From an uncultured bacterium (GTDB lineage Bacteria; Krumholzibacteriota; Krumholzibacteriia; JACNKJ01): a stretch of DNA of 64,000 bases. The notes under the pieces are model-generated. The model had not been told where the DNA came from. It was given only the letters and a program-made list of their open reading frames with translations, and made no database searches. Both the position numbers and the translations under genes were made by a program. The DNA is taken from the NCBI GenBank assembly GCA_963695095.1, contig CAVOFT010000001.1, positions 1,760,001 to 1,824,000 of the forward strand. Reading direction: 5' to 3'. Below, in pieces: positions 23,489-32,304 of this stretch (the stretch's first letter is position 1; each line of letters starts with the position of its first letter).

Positions 23489-26400
23489 ATGTACGCTCGC
23501 CTTGCTCACCCTTTGCCTCGGCATTCCCTATCCCTGCGCCTGCTGCTCCTCACACTGCTCGTGCTCGCCAGCCTGCCCGCTGCCGCCGCTCAGATCGAGT
23601 GGACCTGGCGCGCCGAACCTGGCCTGCGCGCACTTGCAGACGGCGAGGATCTTGCCGCTCTGCTGGCTGAGCAAGCCTGGCAGACCGAGACGGCGGATCG
23701 CCCCGCCCTGCCCCTCTTCCCGCTCAGCCTGGCCATCCCCAGCGGCGAGCGCGTCGTGAGCGTTCATCTCGAAGACGTCCTGAGCGACCGCATCGCGCTG
23801 GACGCAGCGCTGCCCGCCTTCGCCGGCAGCGTGAACGAGGACGGGCTGCGCCGCGCGCTCTCGCCGCCTGCCGAGGGCGGCAGCTTCCCCGCGGACTTCC
23901 TCCATCTCTACAGCACCTTCCGCTACCGCGGCTTCGCCACGGCCGAAATCGCCCTGGCTCCTCTGCGCTACGAGGTGACGGCGGCGGGTCCCCTTCTCCA
24001 TCGCCTGCTCGCCGCCCGCGTGGTGGTGGAGACGGAGCCGGATCCCTCGGCGCTCATCCCCCTGCGCCAGCGCAGCGAGGACCTCGCGCGGGGCCAGCGC
24101 TTCCAGCAGCGCCGCGTCGCGAACAAGAACGCCGTCGCGGCCTTCGTTCCCCCCAGCGCGGTACGGCGTGACGAGGGCGTGTTCGCGCCGCGCTCCCTGC
24201 CCAGCATCGAGGGCAGCGGCGTGGACATGGTGATCGTCTGCTCGCCGCAGCACACCGCGACCTTCCAGACCCTGGCCGACTTCAAGCTCAGCCTGGGGCT
24301 GCCCACGGTGGTGCGCGACACCGACTGGATCCGCGCCAACTATCCCCAGGGCGCGGACCTGCAGGAGACGATCCGCTTCTTTCTCCAGGACGCCCTGGCC
24401 AAGTGGGGCATCCGCTTCGTGCTGCTGGCGGGCGACACCAATGACCTGCCCGTGCGCCGCATCTACTCCTACTTCAAGGATCCGCCGGAGGAGATTCCCG
24501 CCGAGCTCTACTTCGCCGACCTGGACGGCGACTGGAACGGCGACGGCGACTCGCACTTCGGCGAATCCACCTACGGCGGCACCCAGGGCGACGGCGTCGA
24601 CATGATCGCCGACGTCTTCCTCGGCCGCGTACCCGTGCGCGACGCCGCCAGCGCGCAGCTGATGGTCGACAAGATCATCGCCTACTCGAGCGCGCCGGAC
24701 CCCGACTACGCCACCAACATGAGCTTCTACGCCGAGGTGCTCTTTCCGGCGACCTGGCAGATCGGCGACCCCGTCGAGCTGATCACGCGCAACGGCGCCG
24801 ATTACGCGGAGAGCGTGAACAGCAGCTTCGTGACGCCGCAGATGGACGTGGTCCGCTTCTACGAGACGCACTGGCTGTATCCGGGCTCGGTGGCCGAGAC
24901 GCCGGCCGTGACGCTGAACGATATGAACACGCGCGCACATGTCGTGCTGCACGTCGGCCATGGCTTCCGCTACACGATGTCGATGGGCACCGGCTCGGTG
25001 GTCGCCAATGACATGCTGAACCTCACCAACGGCCTCGATCGGCTGGCCTCCATCTACGCGCTGAATTGCACGTCCTGCGCCATCGACTACAGCTGCCTCG
25101 GCGAGGCGGCGCTGCTGGCGCCGGCCGGCGGGGCCGTCTCGATGATCGGCACCATGCGCGAGGCCTTCCCCAACACCAGCGTCTACTACCAGAACTCCTA
25201 CTTCGGCTATCTCTACGGCGACAGCCTCAGCCTTGGCGAGTGCTTCACCAGGAGCCACAATGACTGGGCGCTGCTGGGCTCCGTCGAAGGCAGCCATCGC
25301 TGGACGCAGATGAGCTATCTGCTGATCGGCGATCCCTCGCTCGATGTCTGGCTGGACACGCCTCAGGCGCTGGCGGCCGCGCTCGTCGAACCCTACACGC
25401 TCACCAGCGACACCCTGAAGCTGCAGGTGAGCCGGGACGGCTCGCCGCTGGTCGGGGCCCGCGTGATCGCCAGCAAGCCGGGCGAGCATCGGGCGGAGGC
25501 GCTGAGCGACGCGGGCGGCTTCGTCGCCATTCCCTTCCGGGCGGAGTCGCTGGGGGACATCGAAGTCAGCCTGCTTCACCGCAACGATCTGCCCAGCTTC
25601 GCCCAGGTCCCGGTGACGGCGGGCAGCGGACCGCGCCTGGCTCTGGAACTGCTCAGCGTCGTCGACGACCCCAATGTCGATGCGCAGCTGGCCGGCAACG
25701 CCGATGGCCTGCTCGACGCCGGCGAGACCGTGCGCCTGGCCCTGCGCGTGCTGAACAGCGGCACGACGGCGGCGACGGCGCTCAACCTCGATCTCAGCCT
25801 GCCCGGCGGCGAGCTCAGCGTCCTCGACGGCCAGGAGGCGACCGGCCAGAGCGTGCCGGCCGGCGGTCAGCTCGACTTGCCCGCCGTCTTCCTGCTCGAG
25901 GCGCCGCAGACCCTCGCCGATCGCAGCAGCGCGCTGGTGGACATCGCGCTCAGCTACGGCGGCGGGACCGAAACGGACCAGCTCGAGCTGAGCGCCCACG
26001 CGCCGGTGCCCGGCCTGTTCACCTTCGTCATCGATGATGCAGCGGGCGACGGCGACGGCCAGCCGGACGCCGGCGAGACCTACAGCCTGATGCCCGTGTG
26101 GAAGAACTACGGCAGCACGCCGCTGGCGGGCTGGCAGGCCAGCCTGACGGCCATCGATCCGGCCGGCCAGGTGCTGGGCGGCCCCGTCGCCTTGCCGGGG
26201 CTGGGACTGCTCGAGCGCGGAGCCTCGGCGGGCATCAGCCTGCGCGAGACCAGCGTGGCCAGCCCCAACCGCTTCCAGCTCACGCTCAGCGGCCCGCTCG
26301 GGGAGGCGATCGTCGACACGATCACCGTGCGCCGGCCCACGCCCCCCGTTGGCCTGGAGCTCGATTCGAGCCAGGCCAGCACCGTCATCGACATGGCCTG

Positions 26401-28213
26401 GCTGATTCCGGCTCCGGCGCCGGCGGCCTATCTCGTCTACCGCAGCACCAGTCCCGGCGGACCCTACACGCTCGTGTCCACCGAGCCCACGCATCACGCC
26501 TACTTCCGCAACGATCAGCTGGCGGAGAGCACCACCTACTACTTCACCGTGGAGAGCGTGGACTCCTCGGGCTTCCGCAGCCCGCCCAGCGGCGAGTTCG
26601 CCTGGAGCACCAACCCGGCCATGCTCGACGGCTGGCCCCTGCAGACGAGCTTCGGCACCGCCAGCAGCCTGGTGATGGGCGACATCGACGGTGATGGCGA
26701 CAAGGAACTGGCAGCGGGCGCCGAGCTGCTCTACGCCTGGCACCACGACGGCGTCGAGATCTTCGACGGCGACGAAAACTCGGTCACCTACGGCGCGCTC
26801 AGCGCTGTCGGCGGCCAGTTCACCGCCGGCCTGGCGATGGCAGACGTCGACACGCTCTACCCGGGTCTGGAGATCATCGGCGCCTCGCGCGCGCCCAACG
26901 GCATCTACGTCTACCACGGCGACGGCACGCAGGCGCCGGGCTGGCCCAAGAGCCTGCCCAACTGGTGCTGGGCGACGCCCGCGGTGGGGGATGTCGACGG
27001 CGATGGCAGCGTGGAGATCTTCGCCGTCTGTCTGGACGGCACCCTGCGCGCCTGGAATGCCGACGGCACGCCGCAGATCGGCACGACGGGCATCTTCGCC
27101 AGCGGCCTCGGCAGCTGGTCGCGCTCGAGCCCCAGCCTCGCCAACCTGGACGGCGACGCCGATCTCGAAATCGTGCTCGGCAGTTCGGGCACAAGGAAGA
27201 TCTACGCCTTCAATCCGAACGGCAGCGCCGTGACGGGCTTCCCGGTCACCTTCACCGGCGAGATCCACTCCAGTCCCTCGCTGGGGGATCTCGACGGCGA
27301 CTACGACCTCGAGATTGTCTTCCTCTGCGAGAACGACTCGCTCTACGTGCTCAATCACAACGGCACCCGCTACCCGGGCTTCCCGGTCTACCTGGCCAGC
27401 AACGCGGCCGGGCTCGCGCCGAGTCCGGCGCTGGTCGACTTCGAGGACGATGGGCAGATGGAGATCGTGGCGGGCGGCGTGTTCGCCTACACCAGCATGA
27501 ACCTGACCGTGCTGAACAACCAGGGGCAGACCCTGCCGGGCTGGCCCAAGCACTTCGAGGAGAGCAGCGAGGCGAGCCCCGTGGTGATCGACCTCGACGG
27601 CGACGGCGAGCTGGAGATCCTGCTCGGCATGGAAACGGGCTACCTCTACGCCTTCAACGAGGACGGCAGCGACGTGGCCGGCTTCCCCATCCTCACGGAC
27701 GCCGAGCTGCGCAGCTGCCCGACGGCCGACGATCTGGATGGGGATCTCGACCTCGACATCGGACTCTACGGCTGGGACGCCTTCGTCTACGTGTGGGACA
27801 TGTCCGTCTTCTACAAGAACGGCCTGCCGCAGTGGAAGATGTTCCGCGCCAATCCGGCGCGGACGGGCCTGTTCACGCGCGAGGAGCAGATGACGCCCAG
27901 CGAGGAGCTGCCGGCGAGCGCGCCGGAAGGCCGGCTCTATGCCAATTTCCCGAACCCCTTCAACCCCAGCACGAAGATCAGCTTCGCCACGCCGGCGGGA
28001 CAGGGCAGCGTGCAGGTGACGCTCACGATCCACGACGTGCAGGGCCGCCGTCTGGCGACGCTGCAGGATGGCCTGCTGCCGCGGGGCACGATGCAGAACG
28101 CCGTCTGGGACGGCAAGGCGGAGACCGGCAAGCCCGTGGCCAGCGGCATCTACTTTGCGCGCGTGACCATGGACGACACCGTGCATGCACGCAAGATGGT
28201 GCTGCTGAAGTAG
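23489..28213 (+). CDS. Gingipain-like C25 cysteine peptidase with propeptide, Ig/FN3 domains, FG-GAP repeats and FlgD/T9SS-type C-terminal domain
   Basis: Signal peptide; FVLLAGD, YFADLDGDWNGDGD, LGRVPV, catalytic HVGHG and NCTSC, LIGDP; repeated GDxDGDGxxEI; NFPNPFNPSTKI...WDGKAETGKPVASGIYF...RKMVLLK. Confidence 0.9.
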   Translation: MYARLAHPLPRHSLSLRLLLLTLLVLASLPAAAAQIEWTWRAEPGLRALADGEDLAALLAEQAWQTETADRPALPLFPLSLAIPSGERVVSVHLEDVLSDRIALDAALPAFAGSVNEDGLRRALSPPAEGGSFPADFLHLYSTFRYRGFATAEIALAPLRYEVTAAGPLLHRLLAARVVVETEPDPSALIPLRQRSEDLARGQRFQQRRVANKNAVAAFVPPSAVRRDEGVFAPRSLPSIEGSGVDMVIVCSPQHTATFQTLADFKLSLGLPTVVRDTDWIRANYPQGADLQETIRFFLQDALAKWGIRFVLLAGDTNDLPVRRIYSYFKDPPEEIPAELYFADLDGDWNGDGDSHFGESTYGGTQGDGVDMIADVFLGRVPVRDAASAQLMVDKIIAYSSAPDPDYATNMSFYAEVLFPATWQIGDPVELITRNGADYAESVNSSFVTPQMDVVRFYETHWLYPGSVAETPAVTLNDMNTRAHVVLHVGHGFRYTMSMGTGSVVANDMLNLTNGLDRLASIYALNCTSCAIDYSCLGEAALLAPAGGAVSMIGTMREAFPNTSVYYQNSYFGYLYGDSLSLGECFTRSHNDWALLGSVEGSHRWTQMSYLLIGDPSLDVWLDTPQALAAALVEPYTLTSDTLKLQVSRDGSPLVGARVIASKPGEHRAEALSDAGGFVAIPFRAESLGDIEVSLLHRNDLPSFAQVPVTAGSGPRLALELLSVVDDPNVDAQLAGNADGLLDAGETVRLALRVLNSGTTAATALNLDLSLPGGELSVLDGQEATGQSVPAGGQLDLPAVFLLEAPQTLADRSSALVDIALSYGGGTETDQLELSAHAPVPGLFTFVIDDAAGDGDGQPDAGETYSLMPVWKNYGSTPLAGWQASLTAIDPAGQVLGGPVALPGLGLLERGASAGISLRETSVASPNRFQLTLSGPLGEAIVDTITVRRPTPPVGLELDSSQASTVIDMAWLIPAPAPAAYLVYRSTSPGGPYTLVSTEPTHHAYFRNDQLAESTTYYFTVESVDSSGFRSPPSGEFAWSTNPAMLDGWPLQTSFGTASSLVMGDIDGDGDKELAAGAELLYAWHHDGVEIFDGDENSVTYGALSAVGGQFTAGLAMADVDTLYPGLEIIGASRAPNGIYVYHGDGTQAPGWPKSLPNWCWATPAVGDVDGDGSVEIFAVCLDGTLRAWNADGTPQIGTTGIFASGLGSWSRSSPSLANLDGDADLEIVLGSSGTRKIYAFNPNGSAVTGFPVTFTGEIHSSPSLGDLDGDYDLEIVFLCENDSLYVLNHNGTRYPGFPVYLASNAAGLAPSPALVDFEDDGQMEIVAGGVFAYTSMNLTVLNNQGQTLPGWPKHFEESSEASPVVIDLDGDGELEILLGMETGYLYAFNEDGSDVAGFPILTDAELRSCPTADDLDGDLDLDIGLYGWDAFVYVWDMSVFYKNGLPQWKMFRANPARTGLFTREEQMTPSEELPASAPEGRLYANFPNPFNPSTKISFATPAGQGSVQVTLTIHDVQGRRLATLQDGLLPRGTMQNAVWDGKAETGKPVASGIYFARVTMDDTVHARKMVLLK

Positions 28214-28305
28214 CCCCGCGCCCACCACATGGCGCTCGCAGGCGTCTGCCCGCGGTCGAAACAACGACCGCGGCGCAGACGCCCGCAAGCGCCCTCTCGC
28301 ACGCG

Positions 28306-28333
28306 AGGGGGAGCCGTCAGGCTCCCCCTTTTT
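28306..28333 (+). terminator. Rho-independent terminator
   Basis: AGGGGGAGCC-GTCA-GGCTCCCCCT followed by TTTT, between convergent genes. Confidence 0.75.
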
Positions 28334-28348
28334 CGTGCCTGCGGGCGT

Positions 28349-29842
28349 CTACTCGAGGACGCGGAAGTTGGGCGGGAAGTCGCCGGGGCGGGCCTGGCCA
28401 CCGGCCTTGAGGTAGGCCTCCAGCACATCGCGGCCGAAGACGCCCAGGCTGTCCACGCGGCTGGCGAGCTGGAGCACCGGGCCGTAGCCGTCACCGCCGC
28501 CGTACAGGAAATCCAGCGTCGCCAGCGTGTACTCGCGCTCGGGATCCAGGGGCTCGCCGCCGACGTGGATCTCCAGGGCCAGGCTGTCGGCGATCGCGTA
28601 GTCGCCGCCGGCGATCTGGCCGAAGCGATAGTCGCCGTGACCAGCGGCGAGGAAATCGAAGAGGGCGCGCAGGTCGCTGCCCTTCAGATGCAGGCGCAGG
28701 ATCTGGTTGTTGAAGGGCAGCAGCTCGAAGAGCTGGGCGCGGGTGATGGGTCCTGCGGGCAGCTGGACCCGGTAGCCGCCGCTGTTCTGGAGGCCGAGGT
28801 CGGCGCCGGCGGCCTGGCGCAGGCGATCGGCGAGGAAGATGCCGAGAGGATCCGCTGTGCTGCTCTTGGCCTCGCCGCGGAAGGCCTCGGGCAGCGCGCC
28901 GAGGGCCTGGTCCATCTCGCGATCGACGAGGACGCCTGCCTCCTCGATGAGGGCCTTGACGGTGGGATCTTCCGGCCAGGCCGCCGTGACCGGCTCGTTC
29001 CGCCAGGCGAAGTCCCAGCCGCCGTCGGGGCGGCGGAAGCACTCCATCACACCGAGATTGTAGCCATAGCAGCCGGTCTGGCAGATGGTCACCGGGCCGA
29101 TCAGCTCGGGCGCTTCGAGGAAGCTGTGACTGTGCCCGCCGATGATGAGCGGGATGTCGGGCAGCGCCGCGGCGAGAGCGCGATCGGCGTCCAGGCCGCA
29201 GTGGCTGAGCAGCACGCGCAGATCGGCCGCGGGACGGGCCGCCGCCAGCCAGTCGCCGAGCGCGCGCTCGGGCGGCAGAACGAGGAGTTCGCCGCGCGCC
29301 GCTTCGCCCACCAGCTCGGGCAGTTCGCCGGCGATGAGCCCGACGACCTCGACGCGCAGGTCTCCGGCGAGCAGCACGGCACTCTCCGGCAGGAGGGGCT
29401 CGCCGCTGGGAAAGCCCAGGTTGGCGCAGAGGGTGGGGAAGGAAGCGCCGATGCGGGCGCGCAGGAAGCTCAGGTAACCGTCGTCGAGCTCATGGTTGCC
29501 GAGGGCCATGGCATCGCAGCCCAGCCGATCCATGAGGGCGATGCCCAGACGCCCGCGATAGAAGTGATAGAAGGGCGTGCCTGCGAAGAGGTCGCCCGCG
29601 TCGAGATAGAGGAGGCGCTCCCCGTGCTCGGCCCTCAGCTCGCCGATGCGCCAGGCGAGGCGGGCGAAGCCGCCCCGCAGCGCGCCTTCGCGATCGGGAA
29701 AGCTGCGGTAGTGGGCGTGCAGGTCGTTGGTATGGACGATGACCAGATCCGGCCGCGGGTCCGCCTGGGCGGCGACGGCGGCTGCGAGCAGCAGGCAAGC
29801 GAGCCCGCAGGCGGCTCGGAAGCGGGAGGGAAGTCCGTGCAT
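28349..29842 (-). CDS. Bifunctional metallophosphatase / 5'-nucleotidase
   Basis: Signal peptide; HTNDLH, LDAGD, GNHE, GGHSH, QNSGGYR, LLPFNN, GGGDGY. Confidence 0.93.
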   Translation of the reverse strand: MHGLPSRFRAACGLACLLLAAAVAAQADPRPDLVIVHTNDLHAHYRSFPDREGALRGGFARLAWRIGELRAEHGERLLYLDAGDLFAGTPFYHFYRGRLGIALMDRLGCDAMALGNHELDDGYLSFLRARIGASFPTLCANLGFPSGEPLLPESAVLLAGDLRVEVVGLIAGELPELVGEAARGELLVLPPERALGDWLAAARPAADLRVLLSHCGLDADRALAAALPDIPLIIGGHSHSFLEAPELIGPVTICQTGCYGYNLGVMECFRRPDGGWDFAWRNEPVTAAWPEDPTVKALIEEAGVLVDREMDQALGALPEAFRGEAKSSTADPLGIFLADRLRQAAGADLGLQNSGGYRVQLPAGPITRAQLFELLPFNNQILRLHLKGSDLRALFDFLAAGHGDYRFGQIAGGDYAIADSLALEIHVGGEPLDPEREYTLATLDFLYGGGDGYGPVLQLASRVDSLGVFGRDVLEAYLKAGGQARPGDFPPNFRVLE

Positions 29843-29914
29843 GCCGACCTCGATTGCCGTTGTGGAGGCCGGATCCAGGCCCTATGTTTGTCCCGGACCC
29901 GGCCGGGAGGCAGT

Positions 29915-31558
29915 ATGGAACCGCGCAGCGCTCGTCTCAAGGGCTTTTGCCCGCAGTCGTCCTCGTCTCTCCTCCCGCTGCTGGTCGCCCTCGGCCTTGC
30001 CGGCGCCTGCGCCCAATCGCCATCGCCGCCCGGCGACGACAACCACGTCCCGGAGGTGAACTCGCTCAACGTCGTCGGCGGCAAGCCCAACCTCGCCGCG
30101 GGAACCCTGAACGTCCAGCTGGTGGCCGTGACCGTGGATATCGATGGCGACACCCTCGCCGTGACCTGGTCGGGCCCGGGTGTTTTTCACAGCCCGCAGG
30201 TGCAGCCCGGCAGCGCGACGGTGCGCTGGAATGTGCCCCCCGGCCAGTACGGCCTCCTGGCCGTGACCTGCAGGGTCAGCGACGGCGCCGCCAGCGACAG
30301 CCTCGTCAAGGCCTTCCCGGTCGGGCGCGCCCTGACGACGGCGAACTTCGGCGACCTCGTCGGCGACGAGGTCGTCTGGAGCCCGGCCGATGCGCCCTTC
30401 TACGTGCTCCAGCAGGATGTGGACATCCCGGCCGGCGTCACCCTCAGCGTCGCCGACAGCACCCGCATCTACTGCGAGGCGGACACCCGCTTGACCATCG
30501 GCGGCAGCCTCGCAGTCGCCGGGACGGCGACGCGACAGGTCTTCTTCGCGCCAAACGCCGCCGCGACCAGCGCCCCCGGCTTCTGGAACGGGATCTACTT
30601 CGCCTCGAGCGGCGGCAGCCTGGCGCTCGACTTCTGCAACATCGACAACGCGGACGCCGGCGTGAACCTCGAGCTGGGCACCGGCCTGGGGGCCTACCTC
30701 GCCAGTTGCCGGTTTCGCTACTGCAGCGACGCGGTGAAGGTCGGCTTCGGGGAGATCAGCCTGATCGGCTGCCGGGCCGAGGGCTTCGGCCAGGGCCTCA
30801 TCGCCGATCACGCGGTGGTGACGATGGAGAACTGCACCTTCATCGACGGCACGGAGGAGTCCGTCAGCCTGCGGAGCCTCTCCAGCGGCAGCTGCGAGGG
30901 CTGCTTCTTCACCGACGTGGCGGCCCCCATCGTCAGCATCAGCGGCGGCAGCCGCATCGTCTTCCACGCGAATCGCTTCTTCGGCACGGGTCTGGCCTTT
31001 CTGGTCGGCGCCGGCTACGGCAGCACGCCGGAGCCTCTCGACGCCCGCTGCAACTTCTGGGGCGCGGGCGTGAGCGAGGCGACGATCATCGCCCGCATCG
31101 GCTATGCGGGCAGCGATCCCGCGCCGCTCATCTACACGCCCTGGCAGGCGGACCAGGGCGCCGCCTGCGGCGAGGATCCGCCCCAGCTCCTGGCGGATGT
31201 CCAGATCGTGTTCGACGCGCGGCACCCGCTCTACCCGGCGGGGGTGCCGGGCGTCGACCTGAGCGAGATGGCCCTGGACGGCTACCCGCGCCTGCTCGTC
31301 GTCGGCATCCAGCCTCAGCCGGACGGCTTCGTCCACGACTATGCCTGGTCGGCCTCGGCGGGCGGCAGTCTCTTCGTCGCGGGCCGGTCCTGGCCGGTGG
31401 GGGATCCCTATGTCGCGAGCTATCTCGGCCAGCAGGACGACGCGGCGGGCTCGGCCATCTTCTTCGTGCCGGCGGGCGCCGGCGGGGAGAGCGTCAGCGT
31501 GACGATCACGGACAGCTGGGGCCAGTCCATCGGCGGCGGCGCCAGCTTCAGTTACTAG
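29915..31558 (+). CDS. Lipoprotein with Ig-like domain and right-handed parallel beta-helix
   Basis: ATG 29915 after GGGAGG; lipobox-like LAGAC; WSPADAPFY...IPAGVTLSV, GFWNGIYF, beta-helix repeats, LDARCNFWG. Confidence 0.7.
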   Translation: MEPRSARLKGFCPQSSSSLLPLLVALGLAGACAQSPSPPGDDNHVPEVNSLNVVGGKPNLAAGTLNVQLVAVTVDIDGDTLAVTWSGPGVFHSPQVQPGSATVRWNVPPGQYGLLAVTCRVSDGAASDSLVKAFPVGRALTTANFGDLVGDEVVWSPADAPFYVLQQDVDIPAGVTLSVADSTRIYCEADTRLTIGGSLAVAGTATRQVFFAPNAAATSAPGFWNGIYFASSGGSLALDFCNIDNADAGVNLELGTGLGAYLASCRFRYCSDAVKVGFGEISLIGCRAEGFGQGLIADHAVVTMENCTFIDGTEESVSLRSLSSGSCEGCFFTDVAAPIVSISGGSRIVFHANRFFGTGLAFLVGAGYGSTPEPLDARCNFWGAGVSEATIIARIGYAGSDPAPLIYTPWQADQGAACGEDPPQLLADVQIVFDARHPLYPAGVPGVDLSEMALDGYPRLLVVGIQPQPDGFVHDYAWSASAGGSLFVAGRSWPVGDPYVASYLGQQDDAAGSAIFFVPAGAGGESVSVTITDSWGQSIGGGASFSY

Positions 31559-31561
31559 CGA

Positions 31562-31590
31562 TTGCCCGCAGCCCTGCCGCGTGCTAGGCT
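31562..31590 (+). promoter_or_regulatory. sigma70-type promoter giving a probable leaderless mRNA
   Basis: TTGCCC-17 nt-TAGGCT with TGn; ATG 31597 lies 6 nt after the -10; no SD. Confidence 0.5.
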
Positions 31591-31596
31591 TGATCG

Positions 31597-32169
31597 ATGA
31601 AGCCCGCCGTCTACCGCCGCGTTCGCACCTGGCCGAACGCGCTCAGCGCCTTCCGTCTGGCGCTGGCGCTCTCGGCGGCGCTGCTCTTCGTGGTCTTCGG
31701 CCTCGTGCTGGCGCCGATCCTCCTGTCCGTGGTGGCCAGCCTGCTCGATGTCGTCGACGGCTGGCTGGCTCGGCGTCTGCGGCAGATCTCCCGCCTGGGC
31801 GAGCACTTGGATCCCCTCGCCGACAAGGTCCTGATCACGGTGGTCTTCGGCGCCCTCGCGCTCTTCTTGCAGGAGCTCTGGGTGACCATCCTGGTCTGCC
31901 TGCTGCTCCTGCGCGAGTGGGGGATCACCTGGTTGCGCGAGGTCGTGCAGCGCCGGCGGAACCTCACCCTGCCGGCCGGACGGATCGGCAAGTGGAAGAT
32001 GCTGAGCCAGAGCCTGTTCGGTAATCTCTTCCTGTTCTGGATGAGCCGCGCCCCCGACGCTCGCCCGGGCGAGTCGGGCTTCCAGCCCAGCCTGGCCTTG
32101 GCGCTGGGACTGATTCTCGTGCTCTCCTACACCTCCGCCATTCGCTACCTGGTCCGTCTCCATTCCTGA
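31597..32169 (+). CDS. CDP-alcohol phosphatidyltransferase (PgsA-like)
   Basis: PNALSAFR, DVVDGWLARRLRQISRLGEHLDPLADK, GKWK. Confidence 0.9.
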   Translation: MKPAVYRRVRTWPNALSAFRLALALSAALLFVVFGLVLAPILLSVVASLLDVVDGWLARRLRQISRLGEHLDPLADKVLITVVFGALALFLQELWVTILVCLLLLREWGITWLREVVQRRRNLTLPAGRIGKWKMLSQSLFGNLFLFWMSRAPDARPGESGFQPSLALALGLILVLSYTSAIRYLVRLHS

Positions 32170-32179
32170 GCCCATCGCC

Positions 32180-32195
32180 TGGAACGAGAGTTGCA
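32180..32195 (+). promoter_or_regulatory. sigma54 (-24/-12) promoter
   Basis: TGGAAC-GAGAG-TTGCA matches TGGCAC-N5-TTGCW with exact spacing, upstream of the histidine kinase. Confidence 0.55.
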
Positions 32196-32304
32196 TTACG
32201 CTGTGGGCCGAGGCCCACAGGGGCATGTCGGACTATCTGCTTTGATCGCTATCGATTGAACCTGATCGCTGAGGCCTGGCATGAGCAGGCCGGGAGGCGC
32301 TGCC

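Noticed and set aside
26670..27770. Repeated GACGGCGAC motifs as a DNA repeat array or CRISPR
   Set aside because: They encode FG-GAP DxDGDG protein repeats; there are no identical repeats with unique spacers and no cas genes
23528..28288. Very long antisense/alternative-frame ORFs (1586 aa here; also 36890-39688, 7632-9821, 59128-61254 and others)
   Set aside because: Shadow ORFs expected from high-GC codon bias opposite real genes; no recognisable domains
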